Assembly (NCBI GenBank): GCA_035529015.1
Contig: DATKXP010000079.1
Location: 5,513 to 69,512, forward strand
Source: Phycisphaerae bacterium
GTDB lineage: Bacteria; Planctomycetota; Phycisphaerae; FEN-1346
Direction of reading: 5' to 3'
Length of the DNA stretch: 64,000 nucleotides
Below, one piece after another: positions 53,941-63,692 of this stretch. Position numbers and translations under genes: made by a program. The first letter of the stretch is position 1. Each line of letters begins with the position of its first letter. Below the pieces are notes generated by a model that saw only the letters and a list, made by a program, of their open reading frames with translations, made no database searches and was not told the DNA's origin.

Positions 53941-54946
53941 CCTTCTTCACGTTATCCTGACGCGCGCCGACGTGCCGGAGGCGTCGGTTTTCTCGGCCGA
54001 TGAGGTTGTCCGCTGGCCGCCAGGCGCTCTGGACCTTCTCCTTCGGTCAGGTCTCCTGCGGGAAACTGCCCCCGCAAATGGTCTTGTCTGTGACCAGTGC
54101 GAGGAGGCCTGTTGGATTGAGCCGGATATCCGCGAGGATCCCCAAACTGGCAAGAAGATAGGCGTGTTCTTCTGCACCCGGCGCGAAGACATTGGCCGAT
54201 TCACCGTGGATCTTGAGAGGCTCAGGCAATGGGAGGTCAGCCTACCCGGCTTGGCTGAGGCAGTGGGCAATACGTTATCGCGTGCTCGTCCAGCAGAACC
54301 GATTCTTGACGACAGGTTGTACCTGCTGGGAACGTTCTCGCTAGGGGGCGAGTCGCGAGACTTCTTCCTACTGCGTGGTCTGGCTTGGCCGGATGCTCCT
54401 GCCGTGTTCAAGAATGCCCCCCGGCTGCAAAGTGCTCGGTCGACGGCGGTGCTCGTTCCTGCCATTCTGCCCCCAAGAGGAGGCTGGAGGCCGCCTGCGG
54501 CCCGCGTCGTGCCGCTCATCGAGGTTGCCGCGCTCGATAAGACGGGTCTCCGCCTGGACCTTGAGGAGCTGTCTCTTGAACTGGCGGGAAAGAAGTCAAG
54601 ACGCACGGGCGAGGCCACAAGGAAAGCGAAGATTGCGGCGGAGAAGGGCCTCTTGGCCGCCGTCCTTTTCAAACACCATGGACTTGAAATGGAAACTTTC
54701 AACTGGCAGCCCGCAACACAGAAAGAACTGAAAAAAGATACCGGCTGGAGCCAGTCCAAGGTCAGCCGGACCATGGCAAAGCTTTTCGGGCCAAAACCGA
54801 TGAAGAAGTACCGCAATCTTTGCAGCCGACAGGGCCTTAAGGGTTTCCTCAAGCGATTGGATGATGAAAGCCTCGTCACAGAAGTCCCTTACTACAGCAC
54901 CTCGCATCCGACCGAACTCGAAGAACGTCGGTTTCTCAACGACTGA
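53933..54946 (+). CDS. hypothetical protein with CxxC motif and C-terminal HTH-like segment
   Basis: 8-nt overlap with the upstream gene; CDQCEEAC; LKKDTGWSQSKVSRTMAKLF looks like an HTH. Confidence 0.5.
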   Translation: MNDLLHVILTRADVPEASVFSADEVVRWPPGALDLLLRSGLLRETAPANGLVCDQCEEACWIEPDIREDPQTGKKIGVFFCTRREDIGRFTVDLERLRQWEVSLPGLAEAVGNTLSRARPAEPILDDRLYLLGTFSLGGESRDFFLLRGLAWPDAPAVFKNAPRLQSARSTAVLVPAILPPRGGWRPPAARVVPLIEVAALDKTGLRLDLEELSLELAGKKSRRTGEATRKAKIAAEKGLLAAVLFKHHGLEMETFNWQPATQKELKKDTGWSQSKVSRTMAKLFGPKPMKKYRNLCSRQGLKGFLKRLDDESLVTEVPYYSTSHPTELEERRFLND

Positions 54947-55125
54947 TCCCGTATGCAGTTTTGCGCTCCCGTTTGCATAATGCATAAAAATCTCGGCCCT
55001 CCTAAGATGTTGTAGCACAAACACTTAGCCACGCCGCAGGACTTCTGTCCCTCATTGGCTGCATAATTCCTACGCTTACATCGGGACGCGATAAGAGGCC
55101 TTTCTGAGCACATGGAGGACTTGCG

Positions 55126-55377
55126 ATGGAGCCTCTAACCGAAGCAGGGCACCCCATGAACGGTGCTGGCCGGTCTCCAGTACCTGCCGCGCTGCTAAAC
55201 GTGCACCAAGTCGCCGAATTGCTCGGTTGTTCGGTGCGGCACGTCTATCGGTTGGCCGAGACAGGCAGAATGCCCAAGCCCGCCAAACTCGGCGCGCTGG
55301 TGCGATGGCCCCAAAGGGCGATTGAATCGTGGATTGCAGACGGTTGTCCATCGTGCTGCACAGGAGGTGAACGATGA
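55126..55377 (+). CDS. AlpA/excisionase-family HTH protein
   Basis: LLNVHQVAELLGCSVRHVYRLAETGRMPKPAKLGALVRWPQRAIESWI. Confidence 0.6.
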   Translation: MEPLTEAGHPMNGAGRSPVPAALLNVHQVAELLGCSVRHVYRLAETGRMPKPAKLGALVRWPQRAIESWIADGCPSCCTGGER

Positions 55378-55595
55378 GCGTCGAGAGTACTCCGGCTTCC
55401 TGCCAACTGCTGACCGTCAAACAACTCGCGACGATGCTCGAGATTCACGAGCGGACATGCTGGCGTTTGTCAGCGCTGGCGGAAGCGGGACTTTCTGATT
55501 TCCCGAAGCCACTGCGCATCGGGCCCAAAACCGTTCGCTGGCGGCTCTCGGACGTGCAGGCGTACTTGGCGGCTCTGGCCGGGGTTACTGGATGA
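55374..55595 (+). CDS. second AlpA-family HTH protein
   Basis: LLTVKQLATMLEIHERTCWRL...PKPLRIGPKTVRWRLSDVQAYL; ATGA overlap. Confidence 0.6.
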   Translation: MSVESTPASCQLLTVKQLATMLEIHERTCWRLSALAEAGLSDFPKPLRIGPKTVRWRLSDVQAYLAALAGVTG

Positions 55596-56452
55596 TGACT
55601 GGTGCCTGGATACGAGTCTCGAGGAACCGGCGCTGCCCAGTCTGTGACCATGCGGATTGGTGCCTGATTTCCGAGGACGGCAGCGCCGCGATTTGCCCGC
55701 GCGTCGAATCGGCCGAGCGCGTGGGTGAGGCAGGATGGCTCCATCGACTCAGAGATTCGACGGCTTGGGAAGCGCGTTCTCGGCACATCGTGCTGGAACC
55801 GCGGCCGGCGTTCGCGGAGATATCAAGACTGGCGGCACGGTATCACGAAGTTGCAGCGAGAGGTGGCTGGTTGGACAATCTGTCGGAAGAACTTGGCCTC
55901 TCCGTTGAATCACTACGGCAGTTTCGCGTTGGCTGGTGCAGCCAAGAGCGATGCTCCACATGGCCCATGTACGACGGCAGTGGCCGAATCGTGGGGATCA
56001 ACCGCCGGTTCAGAGACGGGTCGAAGAAGGTCGTGTTCGGACATCGAGCCGGGCTCTACCTTGCCGACGACATGCCGGTGGCCCTATCCAGCCTCCCGCT
56101 GCTGGTCTGCGAGGGCGGAACGGACGCTGCTGCTGGTCGCGACATGGGCCTTGTGAGCGTGGGTCGGTTTTCCTGCACACATGGCGCGAGATTGCTGGCG
56201 GATCTGGTGAGGCGGCGTCGGCCGGACCTGTTGGTGATCGTTGCCGATGCCGACGGCCCCGGTCGTCGTGGCGCGGAGTCACTGGCCTCAGCGCTTCTGC
56301 CCTATGTCGCCCACCTCAAGATAATCCAACCCCCTGCCGCGCACAAGGATCTCAGGACATGGAAACGGACCGGCGCCAGCAGTGACGATGTGCGCCGATT
56401 GATTGAGTCTGCCCCGCCCAGACGACTGGCCGTCAAAGTGAGACAGATGTGA
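55592..56452 (+). CDS. zinc-finger/Toprim primase-like protein
   Basis: CPVCDHADWC...CPR zinc motif; Toprim LLVCEGGTDAAA and VADADGPG. Confidence 0.7.
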   Translation: MMTGAWIRVSRNRRCPVCDHADWCLISEDGSAAICPRVESAERVGEAGWLHRLRDSTAWEARSRHIVLEPRPAFAEISRLAARYHEVAARGGWLDNLSEELGLSVESLRQFRVGWCSQERCSTWPMYDGSGRIVGINRRFRDGSKKVVFGHRAGLYLADDMPVALSSLPLLVCEGGTDAAAGRDMGLVSVGRFSCTHGARLLADLVRRRRPDLLVIVADADGPGRRGAESLASALLPYVAHLKIIQPPAAHKDLRTWKRTGASSDDVRRLIESAPPRRLAVKVRQM

Positions 56453-58323
56453 CGCAAACATCTCCTATCACGCCACCCAGCGCAAACGGCGAACTTGTGA
56501 TCGAACCTCGATTCACTGGTCGGACGTACGTGGCCGTGCTGCGTGTCCTGGTACGCGGAGAATCGGCTCTCGTGAGCAAGATCGACCTGGCCAAGGATGG
56601 CGCGCGGGACACCTTCGTTAAGACACTCGTCCAACGCCTTCCAGGAGTGGACTCAACTGAGGTGGAATCCCAACTCCTGAGGTTGTGTGACGACCGCGCG
56701 GCCTGGCTGCAGAGCGCGGATGAGGCCGCGGCCGAGAAGGGCACTGACCCCACGATTGCCGACCTGCTCGTCGAGATCGCCTTCGACGAAGCCGAGCTAT
56801 GTCACGACAAGGATCAGAACGCCTACGCGACCATCCAGGTGGCCGACCACTGCGAAACCTGGCCGGTCAGGTCGAGGGGGTTCCGGCTCTGGCTGCGTCG
56901 GCGCCTGCGGGAAGAACAGGATCGGTCGGCACACTCCGAGGCTGTGAGCACCGCCATCGAGGAAATCGAAGCCAAGGCACTGTTCGATGAACCAGAAGTC
57001 GAGGTGTACGTCCGCATTGCCGAGCACGACGGCGCAATCTGGCTGGACTTGGCCGACGAGGCGTGGCGGACGGTACGGATCACAGCCTCCGGCTGGCAAC
57101 TCGTTGAGGATAAGCCACCAGTTCGGTTTATCCGGTCGCGCGGGATGCTTCCTCTGCCCGCGCCCGAGCATGGCGGAAAGGTCGATGACCTGCGCCAGTT
57201 CCTGAACGTCAAGGACGACTCGGATTTCGTGTTGATCGTGTCGTGGTTGCTGGCCTGCCTGCGGTCCCGCGGTCCGTTTCCGGTCCTCAACGTCAACGGC
57301 GTGCAGGGGTCAGCCAAGACCACCGTGGAGCGTTTTCTGAGGGGACTCATCGATCCGAACTCGGCCCCGCTGCGCAGCGAACCGAGAGAGCCGCGCGATC
57401 TTGTGATCTCGGCCGCGAACTCCTGGATCATCGGGTACGATAACCTTTCAAGGATATCGCCGTGGCTTAGCGACGCGCTCTGCCGCCTGTCCACTGGCGG
57501 CGGTTTCGCCACTCGCCAACTCTACACCGACCGCGAAGAGGTGATATTCGAGTCCCAGCGGCCCGTCCTGTTCAACGGCATCACAGAACTGGCGACGAGG
57601 CCCGATCTGCTCGACCGGTGCCTGCTGATCACGCTGACCGCAATTCCCGAACACCACCGGAAGGACGAGAAGGCGCTGTGGAAGTCCTTCAACGCGGAAC
57701 GCCCTCGGATTCTCGGGGCCCTGCTGCGCGCCGTCGCCGCCGGCCTTGCCCACGAGCACACGGTAAAGCCGGGCCACCTGCCACGTATGGCGGACTTTGC
57801 GCTGTGGATGTGCGCCTGCGAGCCGGGCCTCGACTGGCCCTCGGGTACGTTCATGAACGCCTACACCGCCAACCGAGCTTCCGCGAACGACGCAGCGATT
57901 GAAGCATCCGTCGTGGGGACGGCAATCCAAGCCTTCATGACAGATCGCGAGTCCTGGCAAGGTACGGCGGCAGACCTGCTGGGCGACCTTGAGGAGGCCG
58001 TGGACGACAGGACACGACACGGCAAAGCCTGGCCTAAATCACCCCGCAAACTGTCCGGCGATCTGCGCCGGGTAGCACCGAATCTCCGTGCAACGGGCAT
58101 CGACGTCGATTTCAAGAAATCCGGCAAGAGGTTGGTCTTCCTTGGGCGCAGGACCGACGGCGCGGACGGTATGGGCGAGACACAGACCACATACGGACCA
58201 GGCGATAAAGGCTTGTTTGACAAGGACTTACAGAACGCCCCGGACGGTATGGACGGTATGGACGGTGTTTTGCACCCGTTTTCGGAAGACGGAATTGACG
58301 AATCGGACGAGGTGGAGCTGTGA
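56449..58323 (+). CDS. P-loop replicative helicase-like protein (P4 alpha / D5 / VirE-type)
   Basis: Walker A NGVQGSAKTT, Walker B-like WIIGYDNL; 624 aa; coupled to the primase. Confidence 0.65.
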   Translation: MTQTSPITPPSANGELVIEPRFTGRTYVAVLRVLVRGESALVSKIDLAKDGARDTFVKTLVQRLPGVDSTEVESQLLRLCDDRAAWLQSADEAAAEKGTDPTIADLLVEIAFDEAELCHDKDQNAYATIQVADHCETWPVRSRGFRLWLRRRLREEQDRSAHSEAVSTAIEEIEAKALFDEPEVEVYVRIAEHDGAIWLDLADEAWRTVRITASGWQLVEDKPPVRFIRSRGMLPLPAPEHGGKVDDLRQFLNVKDDSDFVLIVSWLLACLRSRGPFPVLNVNGVQGSAKTTVERFLRGLIDPNSAPLRSEPREPRDLVISAANSWIIGYDNLSRISPWLSDALCRLSTGGGFATRQLYTDREEVIFESQRPVLFNGITELATRPDLLDRCLLITLTAIPEHHRKDEKALWKSFNAERPRILGALLRAVAAGLAHEHTVKPGHLPRMADFALWMCACEPGLDWPSGTFMNAYTANRASANDAAIEASVVGTAIQAFMTDRESWQGTAADLLGDLEEAVDDRTRHGKAWPKSPRKLSGDLRRVAPNLRATGIDVDFKKSGKRLVFLGRRTDGADGMGETQTTYGPGDKGLFDKDLQNAPDGMDGMDGVLHPFSEDGIDESDEVEL

Positions 58324-58664
58324 ACACGGCTGCCGCACTTCTGGCTGAACTCGACGGGCTTGGCATATCCGCCAGGGTCAAGAACGGCAACCTGCGTCTG
58401 CGACCGAAAGGCAAGGTCACGCCTGAGATCATGGCGCGGCTGCGACCACACAAGGTCGAAATCGTCCGGGCTCTCCGGCTCAAGCGGCTGGCCGCACTGA
58501 ATGACGACCAGCGCGATGCATGGCAGGAGCGCGTAGCGATCTGCACCATCGACGGCGGCCTGAGCGAGGAGGAGGCCGAGAGCATCGCCTGGGCTGAAAT
58601 AGACGGTCAACCGGTGTCAGAAAGCCGCAAAAGACAACTTGAACCGGGTAGCCGACAGAGGTAA
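58320..58664 (+). CDS. small protein with TubC-N-like docking motif
   Basis: [47 protein letters not shown]; GTGA overlap. Confidence 0.45.
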   Translation: MNTAAALLAELDGLGISARVKNGNLRLRPKGKVTPEIMARLRPHKVEIVRALRLKRLAALNDDQRDAWQERVAICTIDGGLSEEEAESIAWAEIDGQPVSESRKRQLEPGSRQR

Positions 58665-58708
58665 GGGTCAAAGGTAAGGGTACGAGAGGCAAAGGCAGAC
58701 AGAAGGAG

Positions 58709-60220
58709 TTGATCATGGCGAGCATTTACCGACGCACGAAAGGCGGCCGTTACTGCATCACATACCAGGTGCGACCTGGCGTGCGGAAGACGGTCAGAGG
58801 GTGCAAGGACCGCGCGGCCACCGAGGCCCTGGCGCGCAAACTCGAAGCCGACGCGATGCTCCGGCGTGAGGGCGTGATCGACACCAAGGCCGACCAATAT
58901 GCGAAAGCCGAAGTCAAGCCGTTGATGGTTAAGGACGCCGAAGGTAACGTCACCGGCGGTCACCTCGCGCAGTTCTATGCATCGCTGCTCGCCAAGGGGA
59001 CAACCAAGAAACACGCGCAGCTGGTACGCACACGGGCGGCGACGGTCATCGACCTGTGCAATGCCCGGCGCCTGAGTGGGCTGACGCCGTCGGTGGTCCA
59101 GACGGCCATCGGGTTGCTTCGGGATAACGAGGGCCTTTCGCTTCAGACGTGCAACCACTACCTGCGGGCCATCAAGCAGTTCTCACGGTGGCTGTGGCGC
59201 GATGGACGTACACGCGACGACGCTCTCGTCCACCTTGCCGGTTACAACGTCAAACTCGACCGGCGACACGACCGGCGGGCCTTGACCGACGAGGAACTCG
59301 CGCGGCTGATTCAGGCCGCGGAGCGTGGCCCTAAGGTGCGAGGCATGTTTGGTCCAAACCGAGCCATGCTCTACCAGCTGGCGGTGGGTACAGGCTTCAG
59401 GGCGGGCGAACTTGCGAGCCTTACACCCGAGTCGTTCGACCTCGATGCCGAGCCCCCGACGGTGACCATCGAGGCGGCCTACTCGAAGCATCGCCGGCAA
59501 GACGAGCAGCCGATTCGCCGCGACCTTGCTGACCTTCTGAAGCCATGGCTCAAAGGCAGAAAACGCGGCCAGCTCGTGTTCAAGATGCCGGACAAGCCGG
59601 TGAAACTCATTCAGGCCGACCTCAGAGCGGCGCGGGAGGCGTGGCTGAACGAAGCCGCGTCGGAGAAGGAACGCAAGGCCCGCGACAAAACGTCATTCCT
59701 CAAGTACCGCGACCGGGCGAACTGCGTCGCGGATTTCCATGCCTTGCGGCACACGTACATCAGCCGCCTGATCCAGAGCGGCGTGAACGTCAAGGTAGCA
59801 CAAGAGCTTGCCCGCCACTCAACGCCAACGCTGACGCTCGGCCGGTACGCCCACATTGGCCTGGTGGATGAGACCAGAGCGCTCGACGCCCTGCCCTCCA
59901 TCGAGATGCCGGACCCGAAGCGCGAAGCCGTGAGGGCGACCGGCACGGACGATGCCGTCGCGGACCCTAAGGGGCGGCGTCCCGCGCGCAGCGCATTTGC
60001 AGCGCGCAGGTTGCCCGGGACGCCAAAACTCGCCATCACTTGCCAAGACGGGGAGTTAGGTAACGCGAGTGGCGGGAGGAGCGTAAGCCGCGCACGTGTC
60101 GCCACTTACCAAGACTTGCCATTACCTGACAGTGGTGCGCCCGGGGTGACTCGAACACCCGACCTGCGGTTTAGGAAACCGCCGCTCTATCCTGCTGAGC
60201 TACGGGCGCAAGGGTTTTGA
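58709..60220 (+). CDS. int: tyrosine recombinase/integrase (ORF runs through the tRNA gene to a host-side stop)
   Basis: Box [22 protein letters not shown] (HxxR), [16 protein letters not shown] (catalytic Tyr); the last ~115 codons after the catalytic Tyr are low-complexity and antisense to tRNA-Arg. Confidence 0.85.
   Translation: MIMASIYRRTKGGRYCITYQVRPGVRKTVRGCKDRAATEALARKLEADAMLRREGVIDTKADQYAKAEVKPLMVKDAEGNVTGGHLAQFYASLLAKGTTKKHAQLVRTRAATVIDLCNARRLSGLTPSVVQTAIGLLRDNEGLSLQTCNHYLRAIKQFSRWLWRDGRTRDDALVHLAGYNVKLDRRHDRRALTDEELARLIQAAERGPKVRGMFGPNRAMLYQLAVGTGFRAGELASLTPESFDLDAEPPTVTIEAAYSKHRRQDEQPIRRDLADLLKPWLKGRKRGQLVFKMPDKPVKLIQADLRAAREAWLNEAASEKERKARDKTSFLKYRDRANCVADFHALRHTYISRLIQSGVNVKVAQELARHSTPTLTLGRYAHIGLVDETRALDALPSIEMPDPKREAVRATGTDDAVADPKGRRPARSAFAARRLPGTPKLAITCQDGELGNASGGRSVSRARVATYQDLPLPDSGAPGVTRTPDLRFRKPPLYPAELRAQGF
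60133..60209 (-). tRNA. tRNA-Arg: tRNA-Arg (anticodon CCU), CCA encoded
   Basis: Hand-folded cloverleaf: acceptor GCGCCCG/CGGGCGC, D stem GCTC/GAGC, anticodon stem GCGGT/ACCGC with loop TTCCTAA, T arm GGGTG-TTCGAGT-CACCC, discriminator A, CCA. Confidence 0.9.
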
Positions 60221-60238
60221 TGGAAAACACTTACAGAG

Positions 60239-60526
60239 TTACGACCCGACGGTGCCGACAACCGTAACGAGGACCGCCTGAGCCGCCGGAAACTTGTATC
60301 CTGACACTCCCCCTCGGTCAAGCGTATTCGTAAGCCCTTCCTTCCAGGGGATTTGCGTCGCACGGGCGAACAGCGCGAGAGCACAACGCACGCAGGGGCG
60401 GAAACGGGCCTCGTCGAGCCACGGGTAGACCTGTTCCTCCACGGCAGCCTGGCAGGCCTTGTGGGGTTCCATGACGCCCAACGCTCCGTCCTGGTTCGTG
60501 TCGGCGTGCTTTGGTGAGGCCGGCAT
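60239..60526 (-). CDS. hypothetical small protein downstream of the RND pump
   Basis: Starts 17 nt after the pump stop on the same strand; no motif. Confidence 0.3.
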   Translation of the reverse strand: MPASPKHADTNQDGALGVMEPHKACQAAVEEQVYPWLDEARFRPCVRCALALFARATQIPWKEGLTNTLDRGGVSGYKFPAAQAVLVTVVGTVGS

Positions 60527-60542
60527 CGCCCCTGACCGGGCC

Positions 60543-63500
60543 TCAGACGGTCTTCTGCGGCCGGCGGGGGCCCCCGTAGAGGCTCGTGAACGCTCGCCGT
60601 ACGTCGTCGGCCATCACGTACAGCGACGGGACGATCACCAGGGTGATGACCGTGGCAAAGAGGATGCCGAACCCCAGCGACAGCGCCATGGGGATGAGAA
60701 ACCGCGCCTGGCGAGACGTCTCGAAGATTATCGGTGCCAGCCCGCCGAACGTCGTGACGGTGGTCAGCAGGATCGGCCGGAACCGCTGGATCCCCGCCGA
60801 GTGAATGGCGTCCTGGTGGGGCAGGCCGTCGTCGCGGCGCCGCCGGTTGGCGAAGTCGATCAGGATCAGCGAATCGTTCACCACCACCCCCGACAGCGCC
60901 ACGATCCCGAACATGCTGGGAATGCACAGGTCGTAGCCCATCAGCAGGTGCCCGAAGACGGCGCCGACGACGCCAAACGGGATGCTGACCATGATGATCG
61001 CCGGCTGGATGTAACTGCGGAACGGGATCGCCAGCATCGCATAGATCGCCAGCATGGCCAGGATGAACGTCACCTTCAGACTCCCCATGCTTTCGCTGAT
61101 GTCGGCCTGATGGCCCTCGAAACTGTAACGGAGCCCGCGGTGCGTCTCGAGCAGGCCGGGCAGCACGTCGGCCTCCAGGTCGTCGAGCACCTCGCCGGCC
61201 TTGCTCCGGGGGATGATGTCGGCCGATACCTGGACGACGCGGCGGCCGTTGCGGCGATCGATCGTCGTGTACGCCCGTCCCCGGCGAACGCCCGCCACCT
61301 CGCGCAGCGGCACGAACGGCCCGGCCGGTGTTCTGACCATCAGGTCGGTGACGGTTTGTTCGGTCGATCGGTCCTGCTCCGGCCGCCGGACGCGGATCTT
61401 GATCTCGTTGCGGCCGCGCTGCTGACGCAGCACCTCGGCGCCGTAGAACGCGTGGCGCACCTGGTCGGCGACACCGCGGGCCGTCAGGCCGAGGCTCTTG
61501 CCCTCGGGTTTGACGACGAAGTCCAGTTGCGGTTTGCCCGGTTGGAACCCGTCGTCGATATCGCGGACGCGCGGGTACGTGCCGAGGACGTCGGCCAGTT
61601 CTGTGCTGGCCTGTTCGAGGACGGCGATGTCGCGGTGGCTGAGTTCGACGGTGACGGGTCGTCCGCGGCTGCCGGGCCCGCCGGCGTCGGAGGCGAACTT
61701 CAGGTACTCGATGCCGGCGACCTCGCCCACCACCTCGCGCCACCGGTTCGTGAACGCCTCGGTGCTCATGGTCCGGTCGCGGACCTCGGGGTCGGCGAGT
61801 TCGACGCGCATCCGTCCGCTGTGGCTCCCGGAGATGCCCACGTCGCTGAGGATGGCCTCCACCAGTTCCGGGTGCCCGCATTCGGCGATGACCCGCTCCG
61901 CCCCTTTCAGCAGGCGCTGCATGACGGCTTCGGTCTGTTCAACCGGCGCCCCATACGGCAGCAGGACCTCGGCCTCCGAGCGGTCCGACTCGACCACGGG
62001 ATACAGCGCGAACCCCAGGCGGCCGCTCCACGCATAGGCCAGGGTGGCCCCCAGGAGGCTGAGTGCGACCGCGATGGTCAGATACCGGTGCCGAAGCGTG
62101 AACTCCAGAAACGGCCCGTATCGGACCGCGACCCATCGCCGGAACCCGTGGCTGAACGCCTGCTGCCTCTGATGCAGCCAACGCGCCAGCCCGCGGCGGC
62201 GCCGTTCCCGATGGTGGCCCAGATGGGCCGGCAGCACGAACAGACACTCCGCCAGCGAGATCAGGAACACGATGCACACGACGACCGGGATCATCTTGAA
62301 GATCTTGCCCGTGGTGCCCGGAACGAAGTAAATCGGGAGGAAGGCCACCATGTTTGTCAGGATGCTGAACGTGACCGGCATGGCCACCTCGCGCGCACCC
62401 CGGACGGCCGCCTTCAGGAAAGGCACCCCCTCCTGGTGGTAGTGATACACGTTCTCACCCACCACGATGGCGTCGTCCACCACGATCCCCAGGGCGATGA
62501 TGTACGCAAAGAGCGAGATCATGTTGATCGTCACACCGACCCCGGACAGGAACAGGAACGACCCGAGAAACGAGATCGGAATCCCCATCATCACCCAGAA
62601 CGCCAGCCGCGCCTCCAGGAACAGACCCAACATCAACAGCACCAGGAGCAGCCCCAGGCCGCCGTTCTTGAGCAGCAGTTCGACGCGTTGCCGGTAGATG
62701 TCGGAGCGGTCGCGCCGGATGTCGGCCTGGATGCCCGGCGGCAGCATGGACCGGATCTCGTCGAGTTGACCTCGGACGGCATCGGAGACCTCCACCGGCG
62801 TCTGCTCGCCCACCCGGTACACCTCGATCTCGACGGCGGGCTGCCCGTTGAAGCGGGCGTAGCGGTCCGTTTCCTCGAAACCGTCGTCGATCGTGGCGAT
62901 GTCGCGGAGCCGGACGACGCCGCCGTCGGCCGTCGTGATGACCGGCAGGTCGGCGAACTCGCGGCCGTAGTCCCGGCGTTCCTTGACGCGGACGAGCACC
63001 TCTCCGGCCTTCGTCTTGAGCCCGCCGCCGGGCAGTTCGACCGAGGCGTTGCGCAGTCGGCCGGCCACCTCGCCCAGGGTCAGCCCGTAGCGCCGCAGGT
63101 TCTCCTGCGAGATCTCGATGCTGATTTCCAGCGGTGGCACGCCCGCCAGTTCCACCTGCGTAATCGCCGGGTCCTGGACGAGATGGTCCCTCACCTGTTC
63201 GCCCAGTTCGTGCAGCACGGTGTCCGGGGCATCGCCGTACAGGGCCACCGACAACACCTCGTGCTTGTGCGAGGCGACGCTGACCTGGGGCTCCTCGGCG
63301 TCTTCGGGGAAAGAGCGGATGCGGTCCACCTCGCTCTTGATGTCCTGGGCCAGTCGCTGCACGTCGGCGCCCAGCAGAAGTTCCACGGTGACGCTGCCCC
63401 CGCCCTCGCGTGCAACCGACCTGACCTCGTCCACACCGTCAAGACCGCGGACCGCCTCCTCGATTGCCAGGACGATCCCCTTCTCGACTTCCTCCGGGCT

Positions 63501-63692
63501 GGCCCCCGGGTACGAGACGGCCACCATCACGGCGTCGAGTTGGACGTCCGGGAAGACCTCCTGTTTGATGTTCCGGAGCGACAGATACCCGCCGACCAGG
63601 CACACCAGCATGATGAGGTTGGCCGCGACGGTGTGCCCGGCCATCCATCCGATGGGGCCGCGCTTCTCTCGGGCGTTCAGTCCGTCGGTCAT
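60543..63692 (-). CDS. RND efflux transporter permease (AcrB/HAE1-like)
   Basis: 1049 aa, 12-TM two-lobe architecture; block ALGIVVDDAIVVGENV typical of RND pumps. Confidence 0.9.
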   Translation of the reverse strand: MTDGLNAREKRGPIGWMAGHTVAANLIMLVCLVGGYLSLRNIKQEVFPDVQLDAVMVAVSYPGASPEEVEKGIVLAIEEAVRGLDGVDEVRSVAREGGGSVTVELLLGADVQRLAQDIKSEVDRIRSFPEDAEEPQVSVASHKHEVLSVALYGDAPDTVLHELGEQVRDHLVQDPAITQVELAGVPPLEISIEISQENLRRYGLTLGEVAGRLRNASVELPGGGLKTKAGEVLVRVKERRDYGREFADLPVITTADGGVVRLRDIATIDDGFEETDRYARFNGQPAVEIEVYRVGEQTPVEVSDAVRGQLDEIRSMLPPGIQADIRRDRSDIYRQRVELLLKNGGLGLLLVLLMLGLFLEARLAFWVMMGIPISFLGSFLFLSGVGVTINMISLFAYIIALGIVVDDAIVVGENVYHYHQEGVPFLKAAVRGAREVAMPVTFSILTNMVAFLPIYFVPGTTGKIFKMIPVVVCIVFLISLAECLFVLPAHLGHHRERRRRGLARWLHQRQQAFSHGFRRWVAVRYGPFLEFTLRHRYLTIAVALSLLGATLAYAWSGRLGFALYPVVESDRSEAEVLLPYGAPVEQTEAVMQRLLKGAERVIAECGHPELVEAILSDVGISGSHSGRMRVELADPEVRDRTMSTEAFTNRWREVVGEVAGIEYLKFASDAGGPGSRGRPVTVELSHRDIAVLEQASTELADVLGTYPRVRDIDDGFQPGKPQLDFVVKPEGKSLGLTARGVADQVRHAFYGAEVLRQQRGRNEIKIRVRRPEQDRSTEQTVTDLMVRTPAGPFVPLREVAGVRRGRAYTTIDRRNGRRVVQVSADIIPRSKAGEVLDDLEADVLPGLLETHRGLRYSFEGHQADISESMGSLKVTFILAMLAIYAMLAIPFRSYIQPAIIMVSIPFGVVGAVFGHLLMGYDLCIPSMFGIVALSGVVVNDSLILIDFANRRRRDDGLPHQDAIHSAGIQRFRPILLTTVTTFGGLAPIIFETSRQARFLIPMALSLGFGILFATVITLVIVPSLYVMADDVRRAFTSLYGGPRRPQKTV

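Larger units (their letters stand above)
35101..60132. mobile_element. integrative element (P4-like replication/integration module plus defence cargo) at tRNA-Arg
   Basis: GC drops near 35.1-35.2 kb; tyrosine integrase abuts the tRNA 3' end at 60.13 kb; AlpA, primase and helicase genes lie adjacent; left att repeat not found by eye. Confidence 0.6.

Noticed and set aside
54974-54987. Tandem TGCATAA TGCATAA upstream of the first AlpA-like gene
   Set aside because: Only two copies are present and no convincing -35/-10 geometry surrounds them. It is noted as a possible regulator-binding site but is unsupported.
58242-58267. Tandem 9-nt repeat GGACGGTAT x2.9 (GMDGMDG)
   Set aside because: It is a short in-frame slippage repeat in the disordered C-terminus of the helicase-like protein, with no independent significance evident.
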